From assembly GCF_022701215.1 (NCBI RefSeq), contig NZ_CP089976.1:1-32000 (forward strand): DNA of 32,000 nucleotides, in the 5' to 3' direction. Positions within the stretch are counted from its first letter, which is position 1; each line of letters opens with the position of its first letter. Origin of the DNA: Moraxella nasovis. GTDB lineage: Bacteria > Pseudomonadota > Gammaproteobacteria > Pseudomonadales > Moraxellaceae. The notes beneath the pieces were generated by a model. That model saw only the letters and a program-made list of their open reading frames with translations. It was not told where the DNA came from and searched no databases. Positions 17,289 through 24,625 of this stretch are shown here, piece by piece. The translations under genes and the position numbers were made by a program.

Positions 17289-17606
17289 TTATCCTTGTAT
17301 TAGTTTTAGGCGGTCTTTGGCAAGCTCTATATCAGCTTTTGGGGTCTTTTGGGTTTTCTTGGTAAAGGCGTGTAATACATACACAGTATCAGCAAATTTG
17401 GCGGTATAAATTACCCTATAAATGCCTTATGCGTCTTTTAATCGTATTTCTACCACGCCAACACCAATACTAGGCATATATTTAAAATCACTTGGCATTT
17501 CGCCATTTTGCACCAAATGCAATTGATAGCCCGTATCTTGCTTTATGTCATTTGGAAAAGCTCTAATATCATCTAAGGACGTTCCCAAAAATTCAATATC
17601 TTTCAT
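17289..17606 (-). pseudogene. Gp49/HigB-like RelE-superfamily toxin with in-frame TAA
   Basis: MKDIEFLGTSLDDIRAFPNDIKQDTGYQLHLVQNGEMPSDFKYMPSIGVGVVEIRLKDA*GIYRVIYTAKFADTVYVLHAFTKKTQKTPKADIELAKDRL. The stop is at 17427-17429 and is not at a homopolymer. Confidence 0.7.
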
Positions 17607-17795
17607 TGTTATTTTAATTTGCCTTGTTTTCTTAAATTATATCAGTTTTAATATAATAACACAAGGGTTTTTCTTATGTCGCAATTTATAAACATGATAA
17701 CTGCCTTATGCTCAAACAACCTTAAATCTTAATTCCGCATTTGAAATGTAAAAATAGCAGGTGTGAACGCCAAAACACCGCTTTTTTATCATCTT

Positions 17796-17830
17796 AAAAA
17801 GCCTTTACCCCCTATAAATAAAGGCTTTTA
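17796..17830 (-). terminator. rho-independent terminator after vapBC-2
   Basis: Perfect 10-bp stem aaagccttta / taaaggcttt with an 11-nt loop. On the - strand the stem runs into a T tract. Confidence 0.5.
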
Positions 17831-17852
17831 CTACTTTATTTGTGCAAGATTT

Positions 17853-17910
17853 GGTGGTGTGGGCGGCTTAGGTTTTATCTAATCAACCGCCCAAGCCACA
17901 AGGAGTAATC
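17853..17910. repeat. 55-60-bp hairpin element, copy 3
   Basis: ggtggtgtgggcggcttaggtTTTATCTAATCAACCGCCCAAGCCACAAGGagtaatc. The 3' 38 bp are identical to copy 1. It lies 28 bp beyond the vapC-2 stop. Confidence 0.8.
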
Positions 17911-17938
17911 GCTTGCCATTATTAGTAGTGATTGTTAA

Positions 17939-18331
17939 TTATTCTAACCAGTTTTGCCATTTTAAGCCGTCAACTCGGCTAAACTCTTTGACATTATGCG
18001 TAATCAAGGTTAGATTTTTAGATAACGCTTGTCCTGCTATTAGCATGTCATACGCCCCGATCACTTGCCCCTGTCTTTGTAGGTCTGCTCGCACCTTGCC
18101 AGCACATAGAGCATCTTTATCATCAAAAGGCAATCTTACAAAGGGTAATTTGTCAATTTTTGCCAAATTTTCACGCTGTTTTTGACTATGATATGCCCCA
18201 TAATACAGCTCGAACAGCACAATATCCGACAACGCAAAATCGCTCACTTTACGTTGTTTTAGTCGTGCGATAAGCACAGGATTTTGCTTTTGTAGGGCAA
18301 TGATGATGTTGGTGTCAAGCAGGTATTTCAT
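17939..18331 (-). CDS. vapC: PIN-domain toxin VapC (second copy)
   Basis: MKYLLDTNIIIALQK.., ..LTLITHNVKEFSRV. 4-bp overlap with vapB. Confidence 0.85.
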   Translation of the reverse strand: MKYLLDTNIIIALQKQNPVLIARLKQRKVSDFALSDIVLFELYYGAYHSQKQRENLAKIDKLPFVRLPFDDKDALCAGKVRADLQRQGQVIGAYDMLIAGQALSKNLTLITHNVKEFSRVDGLKWQNWLE

Positions 18332-18573
18332 GCAAAATCTCGCTTGCTGATGGGGTCGTCTTTTAGCATTGCGACTGCTTGCTCCATGTCATCATCAAAG
18401 GACGAAACATCATCCAGCCAGCCCCAATCATCTATGATGGGCGTGATGATGAGTTGGTTGCCGTGTTTTTTTAACTGTACTTTATCGCCATCAAAGCGAA
18501 ATTCTTTGGGTAAGCGAATGGCTTGTGAATTGCCACTATAAAAAAGGCGTGCGGTAATCATATTTTTTCTCAT
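18328..18573 (-). CDS. vapB: AbrB/SpoVT-type antitoxin VapB (second copy)
   Basis: ARLFYSGNSQAIRLPKEFRF. The start may be the internal ATG at 18561. Confidence 0.8.
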   Translation of the reverse strand: MRKNMITARLFYSGNSQAIRLPKEFRFDGDKVQLKKHGNQLIITPIIDDWGWLDDVSSFDDDMEQAVAMLKDDPISKRDFA

Positions 18574-18594
18574 TGATGTATATATGATTGGTAT

Positions 18595-18623
18595 ATATTA
18601 TTAAACTTTATGTCATTTGTCAA
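18595..18623 (-). promoter_or_regulatory. vapBC-2 sigma70-like promoter
   Basis: The - strand reads TTGACA-N17-TAATAT. AT-rich inverted repeats lie between the -10 element and the start codon. Confidence 0.55.
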
Positions 18624-18749
18624 TTTTTACACTCAAATGCAGGAGCAAAACCGTAAGGAGAAATAGACAGGTTAACTGCTTGGTATATGGTGACGCGTTT
18701 AGCCAGCTCAGAACCACTTTTATCTGTTTTTTACCACAACGCTTAAATT

Positions 18750-19145
18750 TTAAAAACCCAGCTTAAAATCAGCATATTTGTTGTTTTGGATTTTAACCAA
18801 CAACTTTTTGATTACCATGTGGTTTGCCATATCAAAAACACCCCAAAATACATCGTCAATCAAATCATAATTAGGGTCGTTTTTTTGTATTTCTTGCAAA
18901 AATCCGATACGGTTTGATAAGGCTAAAAAGGTTTGGTGGTAAGCATGTTGCCAATTGTGAGTGCATAAGATATTACTTAAGACTTCTGAATTATCCATAA
19001 AAGCGTCTAATGCTTCTTTTGGGTCATTGTGGGTGTCTAATAATGATATAATACATTCGTCAGATACTTCATCAAGAAGTAGCATCAAGTTACTTTCTTG
19101 TTTGGATATATATTCACTTGTATTAGTGTTTAGTTCTAAAGCCAT
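18750..19145 (-). CDS. small acidic hypothetical protein
   Basis: 131 aa, Asp/Glu-rich, with no signal peptide. Preceded by conserved leader copy 2. Confidence 0.5.
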   Translation of the reverse strand: MALELNTNTSEYISKQESNLMLLLDEVSDECIISLLDTHNDPKEALDAFMDNSEVLSNILCTHNWQHAYHQTFLALSNRIGFLQEIQKNDPNYDLIDDVFWGVFDMANHMVIKKLLVKIQNNKYADFKLGF

Positions 19146-19251
19146 GGCGGCACTCCTTATGATTTGGGTTAATTAGATATATAATAAAGGAGGCAGGAAA
19201 GGGAAGGAAGCAAACAACACCTACGAAGCGCACAACAGCCGTTAGGCTAAT
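19146..19251 (-). promoter_or_regulatory. conserved leader, copy 2
   Basis: The - strand reads TTAGCCTAACGGCTG..TTGTTTGCTTCCTTCCCTTTCCTGCCTCCTTTATTATATATCTAATTAACC..AGGAG..ATG. Confidence 0.55.
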
Positions 19252-19448
19252 TCAATTTGCATCACGCCTGCAAACCAAACAACCAACGAAAAACACCGCC
19301 AAGCCCATCAAAGATTTGGCGGGGTGTGGCTATTGTCGTGAGGGTGATGCACTTCGTTCCAAAAAAAATAATGAAACTTGGCGCAAAATGCCATAATTAA
19401 GATATACAACGCCTATGGAATTGCTAAATTTGTCTTTGGGTAGGTATT

Positions 19449-19911
19449 CTACTTGATAAATCCTAGATTGCTCAACCGCAACAGAATACTAGGAGTAGAT
19501 ACCCAAAAAAGCGTTTGCAAGCACTGAGACATCTGTCATATCTTTTTCAAAAATTAGATGCCTAAGAATTGCTTTTGGCATCAAAAGTTCGGCAGCAAAA
19601 GCACTGGCTTCTTTAGAAGCTTCTAATTCATTAAAATTAGATAAAACATACCGCCCTAGCTCGTGAGCAAGCATAAAACGCTGACGATGAGGGTGCTGAT
19701 TACTGTTGATTGTAATCACATAAGTGCTATTTTTACGATCGTACTCAATTTTTCCAGAACTATCGCTGGGCATTGGTTCAATTTTAACCAATAAATCAGG
19801 ATTATCCATTTTTGCACGCATTTTATCGATAATTTGCTCAGGTATGACCGGAAGTTTCCTATCCCAGTAACTATCTAAAATACTTTGGGCATAATTTACG
19901 GCTCTTGTCAT
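19449..19911 (-). CDS. ImmA/IrrE-like zinc metallopeptidase, frame broken at A6 run 19505-19510
   Basis: HEXXH motif in FMLAHELGRYVL, then ..AFAAELLMPK. One base change restores the typical C-terminus ..AFWVSTPSILLRLSNLGFIK. Confidence 0.65.
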
Positions 19912-20041
19912 TTGTTTCTCCTTTTAACTAAGATGATACCGCCATGATTTACAAAACCCCACCACAAGTTGATTGATAGTGGGGGTGGTTGTTTACTTAA
20001 ATTTACTTAAGTAGGGTGATGATTTTATCAGCAAAATTATC

Positions 20042-20296
20042 TTAATCTGCCCATCTAGCACAACCTTGGTAATCTTGCAGCCACCTGGCACACTTGTAAA
20101 GCACTTTGTTGGTAAAGGTTGTGCTGATAAAAACTGTTTTATTGTTCTTACGATTTTTTATAAAGCCTAGGCAACCTAGTTTTTTGCCATTTGCAGTTTT
20201 TTGATTGATATGAAATTCCAAATCCATTGAAGGCTGTGCTTTTTTTGTTGCTTTTTTAATGGTATTTTTGGTTTTAGTGGTTAACAATACAGTCAT
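20042..20296 (-). CDS. small basic hypothetical protein
   Basis: 84 aa, Lys-rich N-terminus (TKTKNTIKKATKKAQ). No motif recognised. Confidence 0.4.
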   Translation of the reverse strand: MTVLLTTKTKNTIKKATKKAQPSMDLEFHINQKTANGKKLGCLGFIKNRKNNKTVFISTTFTNKVLYKCARWLQDYQGCARWAD

Positions 20297-20333
20297 AACA
20301 TACTCCTATCGAAGACAAAAGTTAGAATAAAAA

Positions 20334-20705
20334 CTAAAAAGGACAGCAAAAGATATAGCTGGATTCTGGGTCTTTTGATAAAGAGTGAATAAACTTATCC
20401 AAAGCTTTGTCAAAATCATCAAACCATTGCCCCTCTTCACAACCAACGCCACGAAAATAGGCAGATTGACACAATGTAGGGTTGTAGAGGTGTTGTAGCC
20501 CTGCCAGTAAATCCTCTTTTAATGAGGGAAAGGTGTCACGGCTAAAGCTTTCTAATATCATGTCTGAACTAACATCTGTAATATTGGCTGAGTAACCGCC
20601 ATCTTCCTCATAGATGGCTATACGCAAGCCCATATCCTTGGCAAGTTCAAATATTTTTTGATTAATTAAATCTTGTTGATTATAAGTAGATGTATTTGTT
20701 GTCAT
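20334..20705 (-). CDS. small acidic hypothetical protein
   Basis: 123 aa, acidic. RBS aggag. Preceded by conserved leader copy 3. Confidence 0.5.
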   Translation of the reverse strand: MTTNTSTYNQQDLINQKIFELAKDMGLRIAIYEEDGGYSANITDVSSDMILESFSRDTFPSLKEDLLAGLQHLYNPTLCQSAYFRGVGCEEGQWFDDFDKALDKFIHSLSKDPESSYIFCCPF

Positions 20706-20838
20706 GGATATACTCCTGATTCATAAGATGAATTAAAAATAATTTGATAATTTGTTTAGGGATGTATATAGATTAAAAGAAAAAAGGCAGAGAAGGATAC
20801 GCAACCATCCTAAAAGACCCAAGTCGCCGTTAGGCTAA
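20706..20838 (-). promoter_or_regulatory. conserved leader, copy 3
   Basis: The - strand reads TTAGCCTAACGGCGA..TATCCTTCTCTGCCTTTTTTCTTTTAATCTATATACATCCCTAAAC..AGGAG..ATG. Confidence 0.5.
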
Positions 20839-21246
20839 TGAGTGTTTTTTATGTATTTCTTTTTTTTTAATTTTATTTATTAATATTATTGAATTATTTA
20901 TTTAGTTTTTATATAATAGTCATGTCATCAATAAAAATAAAGAAGTTTTTTATTTTTATTAATGATTAGCCCACACCGCCGTAAAACCACCCTATTCATG
21001 GGGTGGATATAAGGCAATGGGTGTGCTATAATCATCTTAACTTCACCCAAAGTACAAGAATGAGCGGATAATTTTGCAAGTATGCAACTTGTTCTTTTAA
21101 GTTAAGTGAAATGAGTTTGTAATTTAACACCAGCCCTAATAAGTTCGTGCTAATTTTTTTAGCAATCATTAACAAGTAGGACGACTTACTAGGAATAAGA
21201 AAGATGTCTTGTATCTTGGTGTCATACAACAAAAAAACATTTTTTT

Positions 21247-21300
21247 CGTCTGGGACGTCAGACGCTTATAGAAGGAAGCTCCTGCTTTTAGGCAGGGGAG
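21247..21300. other. isolated GC-rich double hairpin in an AT-rich gene-poor stretch
   Basis: cgtctg-ggacgt-cagacg (21247-21264) and gctcctgc-ttttag-gcaggggag (21278-21300). ACGTCA is repeated at 21256 and 21302. Confidence 0.3.
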
Positions 21301-21838
21301 TACGTCATTGGATTTTTAATGAATTGTATGGATAATAATTCAAATAATAAAAAAACGTTGAGCATTAGCCATAATAATGATTACTTTGGTTGCTTTATTT
21401 CTAATTATTAAAAATATCAATACTTGCTATTTCTGTCTTGTTAATTTTACCTTTTCTTTGCTTCTTCAACAATAATTTCTGTCAGTCTTTTTCTTTCTTT
21501 AATCAAGTAAGAAATTTCTGACATTGGATTTTTAGCCATAAATATGACAATAATTATTATTGTTGAATAAAGAAGTATCATATTTGTTTTTTAACATATC
21601 TTATATTTCCTTAAAATTTAAACAAGTAAACTATCTAACTTCTTAATAGAAATATCCAAATCGCTTATTTTACGCTTATATTTTATTTTTAGCTTTTTTA
21701 AATGTTTTTCTTTAATGAAGTAATGCAATTTATTTTCAATTTTAATAATTTTACATTTATTTTTTGTATTTAGTAAGGAATATATAATTGGAGCAAAACA
21801 TAAAATTAAACTTGAAATAGCTAAAAATGCAGAAATAA

Positions 21839-22210
21839 TTACGATTTTATTTTTTTTTCTAAATTTAAAATAGAACCAACTATTATATTTATAAAACTAT
21901 AACCTGCAAATATAAGACTAATAAACATGCTGTTCGTTTTAAAATCATCAGATATACTACAATTATGAATAAATTTTCTGTAATCACTGTGAGAGACCGC
22001 CACAAAACCTTGCTCAATCTTAGTAGATAACAGATAGTTCAATCTTTCTAGGTCTGCTTGATAATCTTGCAATTCTGAAAGCAATTTCTTGTGTTGAAGC
22101 TGATTGTTAATGCGAGTGCGTTCATCAGCAAGTCTTTTTCTTTCTGCTACGGCTTCATTATAGCTGGGTAATTGGTTCATTTTTAATAATTCCTTGTTGT
22201 TAGATGGCAA
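21839..22210 (-). CDS. coiled-coil protein, probably continuing into a membrane segment if the T9-run frameshift (21850-21858) is corrected (then about 21618-22210)
   Basis: ERKRLADERTRINNQLQHKKLLSELQDYQADLERLNYLL. After the run another frame reads IVIISAFLAISSLILCFAPIIY... Confidence 0.45.
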   Translation of the reverse strand: MPSNNKELLKMNQLPSYNEAVAERKRLADERTRINNQLQHKKLLSELQDYQADLERLNYLLSTKIEQGFVAVSHSDYRKFIHNCSISDDFKTNSMFISLIFAGYSFINIIVGSILNLEKKIKS

Positions 22211-22292
22211 ATGTCGCCATCATAAATCACGGTTTGTCGTCTAAGCGAACTTCATACTCGCCACCGCCTAATAAAGCTCCCAGTTATTTATA

Positions 22293-22318
22293 TATCAATA
22301 GGGTACACCCTAATAATA
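22293..22318. promoter_or_regulatory. candidate serine-recombinase crossover site
   Basis: TATCAATAGGGT-AC-ACCCTAATAATA has 12-bp half-sites matching 10 of 12 as an inverted repeat around a central dinucleotide. It lies about 100 bp upstream of the recombinase ATG. Confidence 0.35.
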
Positions 22319-22416
22319 GTATTATAACACCCACAAAAAACAATATCAATAGATTTTATTTAATAATTTTGATATGATAGTATTAAAAATATTATTAGGT
22401 GATATTGTATTATTGT

Positions 22417-23064
22417 ATGGCTGATAAAAACAATATAAATAAAATAGATAAACTGGGTAAACATCAAATTGTTGGATATATCAGAGTATCAAGCTTAGAT
22501 CAAAATACAGAGCGTCAGCTAGATGGTGTTACCCTTGATAGAGTATTTATTGACAAGATAACAGGATCAACTAAAAACCGTCCACAGCTAAATGCGATGC
22601 TTGATTATGTGCGATTTGGTGATACCGTTATTGTGCATAGTCTTGATAGATTAGCACGCAATCTTGAAGATTTGTTAGACATCATCAAACAGCTCAATGA
22701 TAAGGGTGTGATTTTTCAGTCCTTAAAAGAGAATGTAAAATTTGATGGTTCAAGCCCTAGTGCTATGGATAAACTAATATTGCATATTTTTGGAGCCATT
22801 GCTGAGTTTAATCGATCACTCATACGAGAAGCTCAAAAAGAGGGAATAGCCAAAGCCAAGCAGCGTGGTGCGTACAAAGGAAGAAAACCTGCTTTAAACA
22901 AAACGCAGGTAAAAGAGCTTAAAGACATCATTGAATCTAAAAACAACTCTATTGAAAACTACAAAGAACTCACTTTACCAAAAATTGCTGATCAATTTGG
23001 TGTTTCACTACCGACTATCAATCGCTACATCAAAAAGATTAAAGAAAAAAAAACGAAGGGATAA
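22417..23064 (+). CDS. serine recombinase (resolvase/invertase family)
   Basis: VGYIRVSSLDQNTERQLDG catalytic-Ser motif, ..DRLARN.., and a C-terminal HTH IADQFGVSLPTINRYIKK. Confidence 0.9.
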   Translation: MADKNNINKIDKLGKHQIVGYIRVSSLDQNTERQLDGVTLDRVFIDKITGSTKNRPQLNAMLDYVRFGDTVIVHSLDRLARNLEDLLDIIKQLNDKGVIFQSLKENVKFDGSSPSAMDKLILHIFGAIAEFNRSLIREAQKEGIAKAKQRGAYKGRKPALNKTQVKELKDIIESKNNSIENYKELTLPKIADQFGVSLPTINRYIKKIKEKKTKG

Positions 23065-23066
23065 AA

Positions 23067-23912
23067 ATGAAAAAACCCATTGCTTACAACCCAGAGAAAT
23101 TGTTATACAAGCCCATTTTCACCAAAGATGAGTTGGCATATTTAGAGGCTTTAAACAGCGTATCAAAAAGTGAATATTTGCTATCACCTAGAAATATTCA
23201 ATCCTTTTCTATCAGCTTTGCACATACCTCAGCTGTGCTAGAAGGTAACACCTATAGTGCTGTTGAAGCTGAGCTGCTTTTAACATTAGGTCAAACAGGC
23301 GCACATAGACAGCTAAGTGAAGCACTCATGCTAAAAACAATGCAAAGCTCTTTTAACTATATTGTAGAAGAATCTCAACATAGTAAAACAGATGCACGTC
23401 GCCCACTATCATATATAGTTAAAAATGCACATGCAATGGTGTCTGAAGGTATACTAAATCAACAATATTGCGGTACAGCACGCAATGAGCCAGTGCTTAT
23501 CACAGCAACAGATTATATCCCCTCTGACATTCCTCAGCAGCTTGAAGATGGTTTACAAATAATTGAAACAGAATATGATAGTATTAAAAATACCTTTGAA
23601 AAAGCAGTTTATATTCATCAAAACCTATCATATTTGCAATATTTCTATGATCATAACAAACGCACAGCACGCAATATGTGTGCATACACACTACTAGCTG
23701 ACAACAAGATGCCGGTTATGTTTACTGAACGCAGCACTGAAGAATACGCACGCGCTGTCATATCTTATTATGAAAGTGAACCAGCAGATTATAGTGCGTT
23801 CAAAGACTATTTTATTGCATCTTATGAGCGTGTTTGTTCACGAATGAATGCCTTTGCTGTTGAGCAGGCTCATGCACTAGTATTTTCCACCAATCAAGAC
23901 ATCAATCTCTAG
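23067..23912 (+). CDS. Fic-fold protein with degenerate active-site motif
   Basis: Fic_N-like HTSAVLEGNTYSAVEAELLL. In place of HPFxDGNGRxxR it reads QYFYDHNKRTAR, so the catalytic His position is Gln and both Gly are replaced. Confidence 0.65.
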   Translation: MKKPIAYNPEKLLYKPIFTKDELAYLEALNSVSKSEYLLSPRNIQSFSISFAHTSAVLEGNTYSAVEAELLLTLGQTGAHRQLSEALMLKTMQSSFNYIVEESQHSKTDARRPLSYIVKNAHAMVSEGILNQQYCGTARNEPVLITATDYIPSDIPQQLEDGLQIIETEYDSIKNTFEKAVYIHQNLSYLQYFYDHNKRTARNMCAYTLLADNKMPVMFTERSTEEYARAVISYYESEPADYSAFKDYFIASYERVCSRMNAFAVEQAHALVFSTNQDINL

Positions 23913-23930
23913 TGTCCGAATTCGGACACT
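23911..23930. promoter_or_regulatory. 20-bp perfect palindrome (candidate oriT inverted repeat or operator)
   Basis: agtgtccgaattcggacact is its own reverse complement. It overlaps the fic stop and lies 14 bp upstream of the relaxase ORF. No T-run follows on either strand. Confidence 0.45.
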
Positions 23931-23943
23931 CTACAAGGATAAA

Positions 23944-24625
23944 GTGTTTATGGGTAAAAAGTTATTTGATGATATTGATGAGTGGTTCAACGGCAACCGT
24001 AAAACTACATCAAAGTCAGCTGGTAGTGGTGGCAGTGTTACGTTACCAAAAATTAGAAAGCCCACACCAAAACCACAAGCTATCAAAAACATCATTAACG
24101 GTGCCAAGTCTGCCAAGAAAGGTGTAGCCAATAAGGGTGGCAAGAAATTGCCACAGGTGGTTGTTAAAATTAGTGGTAGCAGCAAGGGTGCTGAATAAGG
24201 CACAAAGTCACCTTAATTATACGGGACGCAAAGGCAAAGTTGAGCTAGAAGATGAGCAGGGAAATAAATATTTAGGTGATGAGCAAAAAGAGTTAATGAA
24301 AAGCTGGGAAGCGGCAGGATTTCATGATAAGCATGATACTGGCAACAAGAGAGAGGCCTTTCATTTTGTATTTTCAATGCCCGAAGGCACTGACCCAAAG
24401 GGATTAAAAGATGCTGTACGCAATCTAGTGCAAGAAGAATTCACAGGACATAAATATTTTATGGCGCAGCACCTAGACACAGATAAACCACACTGCCACG
24501 TGTTGATCTGTGCCACAGATGATCGTGGTGCACGTCTAAATCCACGAAAGCAAGATTTACACAATTACCGTGTAGCATTTGTCAACAAGCTAGCTGAGCA
24601 AGGTATTTCAGCCTTTGATACTTGA
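23944..24625 (+). pseudogene. relaxase (MobA/VirD2-type) N-terminal fragment, frameshifted and 3'-truncated
   Basis: VVVKISGSSKGA.. then a frame shift to KAQSHLNYTGRKGKVELEDEQG.., EAFHFVFSMPEG, and the His triad HLDTDKPHCHVLI. It ends after ..NKLAEQGISA, only about 225 aa. Confidence 0.7.

Noticed and set aside
23912-24203. ORFs 23912-24127 (+) and 23931-24203 (-) overlapping the relaxase 5' region
   Set aside because: The frame starting at 23944 gives the expected relaxase N-terminus (VVVKISGSSKG..). The alternatives have no motifs and overlap it completely.
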